Below are positions 1-13,804 of a stretch of DNA of 64,000 bases, one piece after another. The notes under the pieces are model-generated. The model ran no database searches and was not told the DNA's origin. It worked only from the letters and a program-made list of their open reading frames with translations. The stretch lies in the NCBI RefSeq assembly GCF_009914755.1, contig NC_060937.1; one strand, 5' to 3'. Source of the stretch: the human T2T-CHM13v2.0 reference genome, Homo sapiens. Position 1 is the stretch's first letter. Every line of letters starts with the position of its first letter. The position numbers and the translations under genes were made by a program.

Positions 1-3000
1 AGGACTGAGATTGTAGCTTGTGGTGTAGCTTGTAAATAATTGTTGAAGCCATGGGCTATGGGTATACCAGCAGAGTATAGATTTGTAAGAGAAGAGAAGA
101 GACGCCAGAACCATGGGGGTTAGTGTGGAATGGGTGAGTGAGAGGGATAGAGAGAGAGTAGCCGAGGAAAAACAGAAATAATTTCAAAGGGCCGAGAAGA
201 TGGGAAGATGCAGATTAAAGTGTAAGTTTCACTTACTAGAGTAATTTATGTTTGAATACAATAAAGAAACGGTGTGAGAGAAGATTTGACAAAAAAAGTT
301 CCTGAAATAGTTATTCTTTCTATATCTCAAATTAACATTCAAATAGTAAATTCTATAAACCCAGAAGGATAACATTTATATAGTTTATTTACTGCCTAAA
401 TCTAGTATGCAAAAAATTTGAAGAGAAAACGTAAAAACCACTTTCACTAAAATATAAAAGATTCATTTATAGACAAATAAAAGGAAATATATATTTCATT
501 TATGAATTATTGCATATGTTTTCAAATGTTATACCTTGTACAATTATTGACCAAAAATAATGCCTATGAATTTCCATAGCTTATGTAGACATCAATTTCC
601 AAAGTCACAGAGAATACTGGTTTATATTATTTTTGTCTCCTTTGATAAATAAAGGCTGAACAGAATAATAAATTCCTTTTTTATCAATATTTCCTTGGAC
701 TTCATCCAGTAATGTAGAGTTTATTATAGTATATGGTTCAACATTTTACAGTGTTAAAAGAGTGTTTTTCCTTTCTTAGGCTACATTATTTTCCATATAT
801 ATTTTAAATATTCTATAATACTAATTTACTAGGTATAATAAAATTACTAATTTAATATTACTTATATAATTAAAGGCAAATTTAGTTCCTAAATATGGCT
901 TCATCTAAATTAAAAACAACTTCTGATTATTTACCTCATATATTTAGTATACATGTATATAGTATTTATGTAAAATAAATATATATATATCCTATTATAT
1001 TAATAGAATTCTATGTGAAAAGGAGAACAAATAAGTGGATGCTCAAGACAGAAAGAGAGAGAGAGAAAGTGGAATATATTTGTAAGTTAGATGCTTACTT
1101 GTCATATTTTAGCCCAGAGGAAATCTTAACTGCCTCTACTTTATGGCAAAGCTTGCACAGAATAAGCACACTTACAGATGCAGAGAGGATGTATGCCAAA
1201 GGGATCTACATTCATATAAATAATGTTTCTAGACTGAAGAAATAACCCAAGTGTAAAATATTTTACATTATACTATTCCAAAGAATTTTTTTAATCACAA
1301 AAGAGGCTAAAACTGCAAATATTTGAAGCAAAGAAAAGAAAGCCCATTAAATCTAAATTAAATCATTATTGAGCAATCCAAAGCAAAACATTCAGATTTT
1401 TATTGTTTTTCTTTTGGGGATAATTTTTTTTTAAAAAAATCAAAAGTCCAGATATTTTCTCATTACCTTCCAAATACTTTTTCAATAATTTAACACATAA
1501 TAATAATTTAGATCAATAAAATTCTCCTATTCATTCCATGCATGAGTTCTGGGGTCTTAAAAATAATTTTTGGAAAAGACCCTATAATTTAAGATATGGC
1601 TGTGTGAAGATAATACACAAAACTGTATACTCTGAATTTATTAAAGATAAATAGAAAATCTAGTAAAAGCAATTTATTATACCCCAAAATTATCACTAAT
1701 TAATGTGTCATTATAAATTTTTTACTGTTTTTGCTTGTTTTGTTTTGTTTCATTTTGTTTTTCCCCAGGCCTCTGTGAGGCATTCAGTCAACCGTGGAGT
1801 CCTCCTTAAGTTCCTCTCACAGCGTCAAGGATCCTTTCCTTTGTTGTTTCTAAAAGGTTTGGCAAATCTCACTGTCTAAAATGTTTTTCAGTAGAAAAAA
1901 ATAATTGTCATATTCCACTTCGCTATCATCATCTATCAAATGAAGCATGTGTGGCTAGTTCTTAAAGTATATTTACTGGACTTCCCTGGCCTCCAAAATT
2001 TAGTAGACTGCTTCACGAATTCCTTATGTTTGCACAACACTTGGCATATGGTCAGTGCACCACAAATAATTATACTAAGTTAAAAATACATTCAAAGATC
2101 CATGACATCATTATATAAAAATGAAATATAATATTTAAAATGTATTAAATAATTAATTTATATCAGTCAAAAGTGTTATGTTGTTGAAGTCATTACAAAT
2201 CTAGACACCACTCTGTAGAATGGTTTGCCTCTAGGTTAAGGCCCATGTCAATCATACTAGTCATTTCTTGTCTAATTTTGACTGATGTATTAGTAAATCA
2301 GAGTTTACCTTACATGTTATTAGGAAAGGCAACAAGGGTTTTCAATTGTTTGTTTATTCATACCACGGCCATCAAAATTATTTATTAAGAAACCACTACT
2401 ATGTTTCAGGTATTGGATGGCTGTGGATATAAATATTAAACAAAGCAGACAAGCTCAGATAATGTTCTAGACTTCCTATCAAACATAGACTGAGAAATTA
2501 TGGGAAAATTTCTCATTAAGGACCATTATAAATGCTTTATCAGACAAAAAATTCATATAAAACACTCAAATACTGGAAAACCAAATATTTTCACTGGATA
2601 GACGTGATAAAGCCCAATTTCATTAAAAAGATAAAATCATGACACTCATACAAATATAAAATAGACATAAGTAAAATGGTTCATTTAACTAATTAAGGAG
2701 GGAACTGATAAGATGTTATAATTAGTTCAAAGGAGAAGCCAGAGGACACATATATAAGCAATCAGGAAATAAGCAATGAATTTGTTAGCATATGAAAAAG
2801 TGACTTCTGAATGAAACTTTACTACCATTGTACAACATTTATTTACACCTCTATAGGCAAGAATAATCTGCAGTACTATCAGCAATGCAAATACTTTGAG
2901 AGTAAAATAGTTCAAAGATCAGTATAGAATCAGACAACCCAGAAGGTACGCTAGACAACTGCTAGCATTCCCTAGAATTGTTAGTAATCAGTCTGTCTTT

Positions 3001-4435
3001 CTCTCTCTCTCTTCTGTCTCCCTCTTTCTCTTTAATTCTTATTTTTTCATTTTCCATTCCAAAATTATTCACAATTTTTATAATAGCTAACAATGAATTG
3101 ATTCCTAATACATTTTTCTTTTAAACTGTACTATTTGAATATAATTTTTAGTATGTCTAGTTAAACAGTAATTTCTGCATGTTGGGAGAAAATCAATTGT
3201 TGAAAAAGCATCAAACTCACTTTTTTTAAATCAAAGAGTGATATTTTTGGAATTCTGGTATCAAAAATTTTGACCCTCTGGCTCTGAAGTGGTTAGTTTA
3301 CATTCTTCCAGATATGAAATATATTGCTGAGTAGCTCCATTTAAGCAAGCTATTAGGGGTTATGTTAATGGATTCTCTTTACAAATATTCAGTACTTACA
3401 TGTTACATGAGTAGGCTCAAATCTTGGCTGCAGCTAGGTATAGGAATATCATCAAGAAAAAAAAAAAAAAGCCCAAAGCACTAATAGTAACTCAAACAAT
3501 GCTAAGAAAATCAGTTCTACCATTTCCTAGTCCTGAATCTTCTGTGCACTAAGGACTCATTTATGTTGTGTATTACCACATCAACTGTGGAAATACCTGG
3601 TTTGTGATATGAAGCATATAGTTGAGCCACTAAATGAAATATATTATATTTCATTGATTTGAAACCCAGTTCTTTTCTATTGTAATCTCTTTCTTGGTCA
3701 ATTCTACAAAATCTCCCAAATTTACTTGTGACATTCCTTCAAGGTAGATTAGGCTAGACAACAACCAATCTTCATTCCTAATTACTGCCCACATTATGTA
3801 AAACAACTAATTTAAATAACACGAAGAGTGGTCCCTAAAACTGGGGCAATCTGAAGTATAAGTGGAAGTGTAAACCAGATCTCTGTTCTATTTGGTTGAA
3901 CTTCCCCAACTAATTTCAGAAAATAATTAGAATGAAGAGTCTCAACTTGTTAAGATAAAGATGTGAAATTGCTCTTTGGAAATGGAACCTCAGAAAAATG
4001 AGGGGAGAAAGCTTTAAAACTGGTGATCATCCATATATATAATATGGGGTCTTCTCTCCTTAGCTGTGGTCTTTACTCAAAGCTTCTGTTTGCCATGTCA
4101 ACAGAGTGGAAAAAGTTGATAATTTCTTCCTGTTTCATCCAAGCTCTGCTTGAAATCCACTGACATAATGTAGTCCATTTCTACTAATAAACTGAGTACA
4201 TTTATCCCTTCTGATATAATGGATTTCTGATCAATAATCTCAGAAAAAAAGAGTAACACTAATTGCTGGTAGTATCAGAAAAAAATTGTATTGTATGTGA
4301 TGGCTTTCTCTCTTTGCACTACTCCTTGCAATGACAAACTCAATAGCCATTATTCAATCATAATTTTCATAACTTCTTTCAACAATGTATCAGGAAGCAA
4401 TCATTTTACAGCACTGAATTCTACTTTTTCAGTTT

Positions 4436-5396
4436 CTTTTTAAATTTTTTTTTATTAAAAGATTCCTGACTGATTTCCCCACATTATTTCCATGCCAGTC
4501 ATCTCCAGGTGCAACTATATTGGGAGGTAGCAGGTGGCTGAGTTTGTAAGAACACAGCTGTTGTAGTGTTTCCCAGCTCCATTAGGCCAAGTCACCGCCA
4601 GACTCTGCCCCTTATCTCAACTCTGCTGGGATTTTCTGTCGTCTAGCCTTTTCTTTTTTTAGCTATAATCCACTGTCACAGTCCCTTGGCTGGTTCCTGA
4701 AGAGGCCCCATGCTGCTTGAGTCCTGCTGGGAGACTACCTGCTTGCCTTCTGTGATCTCCCTTCAGTGGACACCCCAGGACAGCAGCTCTCTCCTTGTGG
4801 GGACAAGGTCAGGTGCTGGTTGTGGGCAGCATTGTGAGCAACATGTGCTCCCAGTGTGGGGTCTCCTTTTGACCTCAAATGATATTTTTGTCATCAACAA
4901 GCAAGGCTTCTGACATCACCATCTAGTCCCTCATGGGGATAATGCACTCCACAAACTGGAGTTCCAGGTGCTTCCCCACCCAGCTATGCCTTTCTCCCTC
5001 ACAGTGCTCATACTTTATCAGAGGTCTCATACAGATTAAGACCTTTTTGTTTTTCATGTCGTCAACTCACTCCCCCTATGCTCCCCCTTCAAACTGGACT
5101 CCAAGTCACTTTACCCACCAGGGCTTAGGGCAAGGAAGCCACAGCATTTCTCCAGCAAGCCCAAGTTTGGCTTCCCAGGAGGCAGGGAGCTGTATCCAAA
5201 GCCCCTTGGAGACCACCTTCCAAGCTTGCCAGCATCTCCCAGATCACTAGCACCTGCACTACCATGGCCACTGCTCCTTGCTCAGCAGGGGAGAGGCATG
5301 GGGCAGGGTCTCTTCCTCATACGCAGGCACTTAGGGACCTCTGGGTCTGGCGGTGCACGCGATGGGGAGACAATTGAAAGATGCTGCCTGAACCTG
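4436..5396 (-). pseudogene. Processed pseudogene of NT5C (cytosolic 5'(3')-deoxyribonucleotidase)
   Basis: Minus-strand translation in pieces: MVVQVLV (ATG 5265-5263), LEKCCGFLA, DMKNKKVLICMRPLIKYEHCEGERHSWVGKHLELQFVECIIPMRD*MVMSEALLVDDKNII*GQKETPHWEHMLLT, HNQHL, LLSWGVH*REITEGK. These are colinear with recalled NT5C ([70 protein letters not shown]...LLSWSDNWREILDSK). Intronless, with stops, frameshifts and deletions. A-rich tail including AATAAA (tttatt 4451-4456). Degenerate TSD ctactttttcagttt (4421-4435) / ctgcttccttcagttt (5397-5412). Confidence 0.9.
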
Positions 5397-5690
5397 CTGC
5401 TTCCTTCAGTTTTGTTGTTTCAGTGACGTAAACAGAGCTATGTATCATTTTGTACTAGAAATGATTACTTTTCATATATTTTGGAAAATATGATTCCCAG
5501 GGAAAAGGTGCAAAAGTTCATATGTGCAAAACTTTAACAGACAACACATTTGACACTAGGAGGGAATGGATTGCTTGTTCAATGAAATTCAATTACAAAA
5601 CTGCAATATTGTAGTTACTATTTACACTACTCTTTTTATGTGTAAATCAATGTGCAAGTGGCTACACATACAAATTCACTTATTCCAGAG

Positions 5691-6143
5691 TGTAATGGTT
5701 AATCCTGAGTGTCAGCTTGATTAGATTGAAGGATGCAAAGTACTTTTCCTGGGTGTGTCTGTGAGGGTGCTGCCAAAGGAGATTAACATTTGAGTCAGTG
5801 GACTGGGAAAGGCAGACCCACCCTCAATCTGGGTGAGCACAATCTAATCAACTGCCAGTACAGCTAGAATATAAAGCAGGAAGAAGAACGTGGAAAGACT
5901 AGACTAGTTTAGTCTTCTGGCCTACATTCTTTCCCCAATGCTGGATGCTTCCTACCCTCGAACATGGGACTCCAACTTCTTCAGCTTTGGGACTCGGACT
6001 GGCTCTCTGCTCCTCAGCTTGCAGACGGCCTATTGTGGGACCTCACCTTGTGATCCTGTGAGTCAACAGTGCTTAATAAACTCCCCTTTATATATACATC
6101 TATCCTATTAGTTCTGTCCCTCTAGAGAACCTTGACTGAGACG
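5691..6143 (+). mobile_element. MLT2A (MLT2A1-like) HERV-L solo LTR
   Basis: Starts tgtaatggttaatcctgagtgtcagcttgattagattgaaggatgcaaag and ends ctagagaaccttgactgagacg; 453 bp; 5-bp TSD cagag (5686-5690 / 6144-6148); TATAAA at 5870-5875 and AATAAA at ~6076. Confidence 0.9.
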
Positions 6144-6789
6144 CAGAGCACACATCTTCACATTATACATTTCTACTGGAGTTTTACTCAACAATAAAAT
6201 TTCTAAATTATGGTATATAACTTAATAATCATTATTATTATCATATGTTTAGTGATTTCCATGGATCCATTTGTCTCCATGGAATAGACACGCAAAAACT
6301 GTTCTCATTTTCTGTTTCCTCAGTGGCTTTCTCTTGATACACAAGGAATAATCCAGGGGATTTTCTGCTAAGGCAACAAAATACAACAAGCTTAGAGAAA
6401 ATAACTTGACAGCAGAATCTGCAGCATTTAAAAGCCAGGTGATCATTATTTATTAATTTTAGCTAAGCACTAAAAATGTTATTTTGCCAGATAATGAAAC
6501 ATGATATCTGTAGTTATCAAACAGAATCAATTCAGCCAATCTGCACTGTATTCATGTGCTTTAGCTTATTATTTTGTTTACTGTACAGCACTGTAACTCA
6601 TTCAGAATTGTCATATATAAACAATATATATATGTATACATGAAAACAATCTACAATCCTTTCCTAGAATTTAGGTAAGCATGGGTCAATCATTTAGGAT
6701 AGGAATTCTTAATCTAAAATCTATCAAGCTGGCAGCAAAATAGATAAAAGATGTAAACAAATGTTCTACATTAAAATTAGGTGTAAATG

Positions 6790-6956
6790 GTACTAACCTT
6801 AAGAGAAAGCCTCATTAATACAAGAGAAATACACATGTAAACAACACTAACATATCACTTTTTGGCCCTCAGAATGTCATCAATCCAAACATTTTTCAAA
6901 ATCTCTCAAGAAGCAGGGACTTATGGTACTGCTCATTGGAATGCAAAAATGGTATA
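6790..6956 (+). mobile_element. Old L1M 3' fragment interrupted by the L1PA
   Basis: Degenerate resemblance to the L1 ORF2 end (..ctgctcattggaatgcaaaaatggtataac). Confidence 0.45.
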
Positions 6957-8656
6957 ACACTGCTCAACGAAATAAAAGAGGATACAAACAAATGGAAGAA
7001 CATTCCATGCTCATGGGTAGGAAGAATCAATATTGTGAAAATGGCCACACTGCCCAAAGTAATTTATAGATTCAATGCCATCCCCATCAAGCTACCAATG
7101 ACTTTCTTCACAGAATTGGAAAAAATGACTTTCAAGTTCATATGGAACCAAAAAAGAGCCTGCATTGCCAAGTCAATCCTAAGCCAAAAGAACAAAGCTG
7201 GAGGCATCAGGCTACCTGACTTCAAACTATACTACAAGGCTACAGTAACCAAAACAGCAGGGTACTGGTACCAAAACAGAGATATAGACGAATGGAACAG
7301 AACAGAGCCCTCAGAAATAATGCTGCATATCTACAACTATCTGATCTTTGACAAACCTGACAAAAACGAGAAATGGGGAAACGATTCCCTATTTAATAAA
7401 TGGCGCTGGGAAAACCGGCTAGCCATATGTAGAAAGCTGAAACTGGATCCCTTCCTTACACCTTATACAAAAATTAATTCAAGATGGATTAAAGACTTAA
7501 ATGTTAGAACTGAAACCATAAAAACCCTAGAAGAAAACCTAGGCAATACCATTCAGGACATAGGCATGGGCAAGGACTTCATGTCTAAAACACCAAAAGC
7601 AATGGCAACAAAAGCCAAAATTGACAAATGGGATCTAATTAAACTAAAGAGCTTCTGCACAGCAAAAGAAACTACCATCAGAGTGAAAAGGCAACCTACA
7701 AAATGGGAGAAAATTTTTGTAATCTTCTCATCTGACAAAGGGCTAATATCCAGAATCTACAATGAACTCAAACAAATTTACAAGAAAAAAACAAACAACC
7801 CCATCAAAAAGTGGGCAAAGGATATGAACAGACACTTCTCGAAGACATTTATGCAGCCAACAGACACATGAAAAAATGCTCATCATCACTGGCCATCAGA
7901 GAGATGCAAATCAAAACCACAATGAGATACCATCTCACACCAGTTAGAATGGCAATCATTAAAAAGTCAGGAAACAACAGGTGCTGGAGAGGTTGTGGAG
8001 AAATAGGAACACTTTTACACTGTTGGTGGGACTGTAAACTAGTTCAACCATTGTGGAAGTCAGTGTGGCGATTCCTCAGGGATCTAGAACTAGAAATACC
8101 ATTTGACCCAGCCATCCCATTACTGGGTATATACCCAAAGGATTACAAATCATGCTGCTATAAAGACACATGCACACGTATGTTTATTGCGGCACTATTC
8201 ACAATAGCAAAGACTTGGAACCAACCCAAATGTCCAACAATGATAGACTGGATCAAGAAAATGTGGCACATATACACCATGGAATACTATGCAGCCATAA
8301 AAAATGATGAGTTCATGTCCTTTGTAGGGACATGGATGAAGCTGGAAACCATCATTCTCAGCAAACTATCGCAAGGACAAAAAACCAAACACCACATGTT
8401 CTCACTCATAGGTGGGAATTGAACAATGAGAACACATGGACAGAGGAAGGGGAACATCACATACCGGGGCCTGTTGTGGAGTGGGGGGAAGGGGGAGGGA
8501 TAGCATTAGGAGATATACGTAATGTTAAATGATGAGTTAGTCGGTGCAGCACACCAGCATGGCACATGTATACGTATGTAACAAACCTGCACATTGTGCA
8601 CATGTACCCTAAAACTTAAAGTATAATAAAAATAATAAAATAAAGTGAAAAAAAAA
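6957..8656 (+). mobile_element. 5'-truncated L1PA (L1PA4-like), ~1.7 kb: ORF2 C-terminal part, 3'UTR and A-tail
   Basis: ORFs 6936..7871 and 7811..8422 are L1 ORF2p (..[17 protein letters not shown].., [18 protein letters not shown], ..SLIGGN*), split by a small deletion near 7840. The 3'UTR has the G-tract and aatgttaaatga, ending aaaacttaaagtataataaaa. Confidence 0.95.
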
Positions 8657-8659
8657 CCA

Positions 8660-9510
8660 CATAGTAAATGGCTATATTTACGACAGAATGATGTGAAACA
8701 TATATAAATATAATTGGTAAATTTCTATATTGATAACAGAATATTAAAAAACAAAGAATCTTATCAGAATATTGGTATTTTTTTAGAAGCCACATACACA
8801 ATATAGTGCAAGCAAAAAGAAAAACGTGCAGAAGAGTGTGTAGGCTATTTTTGAGTAAAGTATAAGAAAAAATATGAAATAGAAACATGGATGTATACAT
8901 ATATGTGTGTATGCAGGTATATGTGTATTGTTTGCACATGTGTACGTGTAAGTGTATTTTATGTATAAATATATATGTATGCATATACACACAGATTTGT
9001 GGGGAGCGCTTGAAGAAAAAATAAAGTAATAAAAAGAGTAAGCTGTAGCAAGTCAAAATTTTTATGAGAAGTAGAGTTATCTGTATATTCTTCTATGCCG
9101 TTTTCACAATTAAATAATATAAATATTTACATTTTAAGTAAATAAAATGAAATGCTTAAAACCAAAAGGGATTCCTAAAAACTGAAACTAAAATCAACCA
9201 ATTCTAAAAATTATATATGAAGTGATAGGAGAGAATTTTTAAAAATGTACAAAAGTAAGAAACTCCATATTACATTCACAATGACTGTAAATGTCTACTT
9301 TTTAAACTGCCTATAAAACTGACCTAGAATTAAGAAAACCCTCGTCCCAGTGAGCACATTAAGTAATCAGATCTTGGCTTCTAAATACCATTACTCAGTA
9401 ACAGGAACAAGAAACCCTTGGAGGAATGGTTGATTTCGTTTCTGTGGCAAGGAAATTCCATAGTATTTTATTGTGCCAGCAAACAAGGAAGTTCTCAAAA
9501 ATTACAACTC
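8660..9510 (+). mobile_element. L1MC/L1ME-type 3'UTR fragments
   Basis: ccagtgagcacattaagtaatcagatcttggcttctaaataccatt...gtgccagcaaacaaggaagttctcaaaa resembles the L1MC 3' end; includes a TATG-rich low-complexity stretch at 8890-8990. Confidence 0.55.
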
Positions 9511-12500
9511 ACACACAAACACATGAGCATATACACACATGCAAATGTACACAGTCATTTATAAACAAACATAAACCACTTTGATAATAATTAAATGCAT
9601 TCTTCCATATATAGGTCTTTGCAAGGTTTTTTTTGGTTTGTTTTTTGAATTTTGGTATCACATAACATTCCACGTATCTTTTGAAGTCAGTAAATTCTCA
9701 ATTAAATTCATGGTGATAACCACAAAACACTGTATTTTCATTCACATGCGAAGTTTGCTGATAGCTTTGTCTTTTCAGTTTTTCACTGTACTAAGATTGT
9801 TGAAAGGTACTTTACTGTCTACATATGTCTACATATCTGTATTCATACATGTACTCCACAGCACTGATTCCTAAAATTGATATTGATATGTTGTAAGGCA
9901 CCCCACACTTGCTATTTTGATCAAAAAGGCCAAATAACTTGCAGAATTTACATTCTCAATAATAAATGTGGTATTTCACTTTACCTTATATTTATTTGTT
10001 TATTTTTGATAACCTAATAGGACAAAAGCAGAATTTCTTTGTGGTTTCATGATTGTTTATCTGAAATAAATTTTGTTCATATGAAGTACTGCTAAAATAA
10101 TTAAACTTTAATAGTTTTGTAAATTTTATTTTAAAATATAATTAAATTTTAATACTATAGCTTCTTTAGTTTTTATGTATTGCCATATTTTAATTAGTTG
10201 ATTTATCTTTAAAAATGATTTGTAAAACATTACGAAGAGTGATTTTTTTATTAAATACTACATATTTTCTCCCAAAATAGTACTCATATTTCATTTAATA
10301 TGGCATAAACTTTTATATGCACTGTTTATTTTTTCCTGGACAACATCATCTATTGCAATGAAATTGAAATTTGCACATATAAAAGAAACAGAGTAAATGC
10401 TTTTTTTTTTTTCTTTACCTTGCTTGCCAGCACTTCCTAATGGGATATCTTACACACTTAGTTAATGGCAGCTAACTGCAGATGTTTTCAATAACTGGAC
10501 ATGTTTCATCAAACAACAAACCTAATATAATTACAGTCTTCCTTAACAAGACAATATAACAAAAGGTCAGGTTGAACTTAGTTTCCAATTTTCAACTGTT
10601 GCTTTTCACTCCTGTAAAATTTTTCAAATCCTTGTTCTTCCTAAAAGCCAGTTTGTGAGATTACCACAATGGCCTACAACAATTATTCCAGTTTTTAGTG
10701 TGTCCTTTCTCTAGTCAATTAATTACATTCTCCTCTCCATCATCTTTATAAAACACGGGTTGTGTAATTCTCAATTAGAGCTTCTTTACTCTTCATCACC
10801 TCCCAGTTTTCTAGATTTTTGTCCTTACACAACCTGTGGTTAAACATACCAAACTCTTCATAATTCTGACCAATATTTTGTATCCCTGTGAAATTTTAGA
10901 AAGTGATTTTGTGTCCTGGTTGTATGTATCTGAAAGATGAACTTTGAAGAAGTGGTCTACCTTGTCTAACACCATAATGGTCTAATTCGGCATTTTGCCT
11001 GAGGAGCAGCAACAATCTTGAGAGTTGGCTATTCTACTCTTTAATATTATACTTAATAAAAAGAAACATAGAAACGGTATTTTCTCTTCTATACTGAGAA
11101 GAACATTCTTTCAAAGCATCTGTGTTTCCCATGCAATATTCATTTCCTCCATTTATTTATAGAAATCTGTGCTTGTTATTAAGGCTTACTTTTATTATGA
11201 TTATCATTATTTTGAATACAGAGATTTGTATCTGGGACTGATATGTATTAGGACAGACATAAATTTTTCTTTACTGGATCCTTTTTTTAGCTGACATGGT
11301 TTGAATTCTATCCATAGAATTTAAACTGGATGCTTAGATATTGCTGATGTATGTTTCTTTTTGTTCAGCTCAGAAATGGTTGAGTGGAAAAGATTAATGA
11401 AACAGGTGGCAGAAAAATGTACTTTGGGTACATTAATGACACCAATTTTCTCTCCAAGTAAATGGAGTCCCTGATGCAACTAGTATGGCCAGCCTTGTCC
11501 AGAGGTCTAATAGGAAGTTAAGGATAGGGTTCTGAGATTTCAACCTTGCCCCATTACTGGACAAGCAGGTCACAACAGCCTGAAGCAATCCTCAGGTCCC
11601 ACCTACCAAAACAAGCTACTCAGGTATTTGGCTTTCTGTTCTATACTTGGCCCTGTCTCATATTTAGGTTTAGGTTATAATTTCTGGCAAAAAGTAAAAA
11701 ATAAAAATAAAAAAGGTCACATATATTTATTTCAGTTCTGACTATTCCATTATTCTAATTAGGCTGATGGAGAATAAATAGAATATACTCATTTATCTTA
11801 TGGCCCAGCTGTGTCCTTTCATGTCTCCACATCAGAAGCCACTTCTTCACATAACTCACTTGCTTGCTTGTATCATGATGTAAATTAAAGAACATATATG
11901 TAAAATTATTACTGGTCTTTTTCATTTGGCCTAACTTTATTAGATTAGGCAGCTGTTTTTTCTTTGGAAAACAATTTACAATATTGTATTATTATAATTC
12001 TGACTCAAATATAGATAAAATTTGTTTGTTTTTGGCTCTTTCTATTCATTTGAAAGAGTTTTTTTTAAAGAGTTCTGGAAACAGCTTATCACCTTTCCTA
12101 GAATGCCAGTTCACTAAAATACATGTGAGATTGTCAGTTTCCAAATTTTGGAAAACAGTATATGATTACTATAATCTTATAGCATCATTTTAAAAGAAAA
12201 GTTGGGAAGAAAATAAAAATGTTAAAAGATCTGAAGCATTAATCCATTTGTGGTTCACAGTGCTATTTTAAGAAATATTTAGGCAGTACCCAATAAAATG
12301 GTATAATAAAATGATATTCTGAAATTAAATGTGACCATGAAGAATTTGGCAAAGTTACTTAACACATATCAGAAAAGGGGACAAAAATAATATAAAATAT
12401 ATCCTTGGATTGAATTAATTAAGAAAACTATATTGAGGAGCAATATAACAATGTATAAATGGGCTTTTTTGATATTTATGTTTGTTTTCACATGTCCTTA

Positions 12501-13804
12501 GAAACTGTTGGACTTTATATAAATTTATGGCAGCCTGGAAATCTTTATGCAGATATACCTTTTCATACTTAAATGCCACAGAACAAAAAAGTAAAAATCA
12601 GTGAAAAATGCTCTCGTTCAAAGAAGTTTTCCATTCACAATTGCTCTTAAGAAAAATAAGAGAAGGTCAGCAAAAATATGTGTTTACATATTATCTCAGA
12701 CAAAAAACACCTCTAAACATTAATTCTCCTCTGTATGCACTCAGAAAGTAAAGATTGCACATGAAATAAACAGGGATATTAAATAAAAAATACATAAGCA
12801 GTCATAAATGCTAACTTCTATCCTGTTTTAACATATCCATAAGGTCTGTTTCTGCATAACAATTAACCAACTTATGTTGTTTTAGCACCAACTTGGCAGA
12901 TAAAATGAAGAGCCTCTGTATGTTAAAATGTAAATGTTGTTAATGACCAAATAACAAGGGACAACTATTTTTTCCAGAATAAAATTTGACCAGTAGAGAG
13001 TTAAACAGAGTTGCAATTACAATAGCATTTTCTTTAGAATAAACTAAAAACCTATTTGGCAAAAAGAAACGTTATAAACATCTTACTGGAATCTGATAAG
13101 ATAAGGTTACACAGCAGGTCAAGTCACTCCTATTGTCTGCAACATCATTTATAATGAATGTCTCTTGTAGAAAATCTATTAATGCAGGCATAATCCCTGT
13201 CCTCCATTGTGAGTGCCATAATGGGATTCTATCCAGCTGATCTCAGTCTTGCACAGCAGTGGTTCAGGTGTTTCAAATAAGCATTTGCTATATAAATGTT
13301 GTCAGATATGGAAGGAGAGTTGCTTAGTCTAATTAATCCAGACTTATAATTATTTCTGAAGTGATTTATAGTGCTCCAGATCCATGCAATCAATCTTTCT
13401 TTACAACTCTGTCCTCCCTATTTAATAAAACGTGGCCATACCAACGCATTGTGAAGACAAACCTTCAAATCCTAACCCTCTTCCTGTTTCCACCTATTCT
13501 ATATATTGTGGGGAAGTTTATTCCTCTGTTTCCCTTTTACATGCCCTCACTCCAATAATCATTCATTTGTTTATTCAATCAAAACAATATTTTTTCAAAT
13601 TTTAGTTGAGGCAGATCAATAGCCTCTAGCTTTTAAAAAATTAGTGTCTAATGAGAATTCAGAATAAATAATATACAAAAGATGTAGTCAGTTCCGCATA
13701 GATATAAGAACAAGGTTATACAAAAGCATAGTAATAATAAGCTTTCTGGGAGGCTAAGGGATAAGGGAGTACTTAGGGAGTTATAGATTTTTGTTGAATG
13801 ATTG

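Noticed and set aside
1720-1860. Plus-strand pyrimidine tract with CAG (1766-1768) as an antisense exon
   Set aside because: The tract is a (TTTTG)n simple repeat, the donor AAG|GTTTGG is weak, and there is no other support.
4710-5426. Plus-strand ORFs of 66-105 aa
   Set aside because: Antisense shadows of the GC-rich NT5C pseudogene.
6936-8422. 311-aa and 203-aa ORFs as a functional protein
   Set aside because: Frameshifted C-terminal L1 ORF2 of a 5'-truncated copy; no promoter, EN or complete RT.
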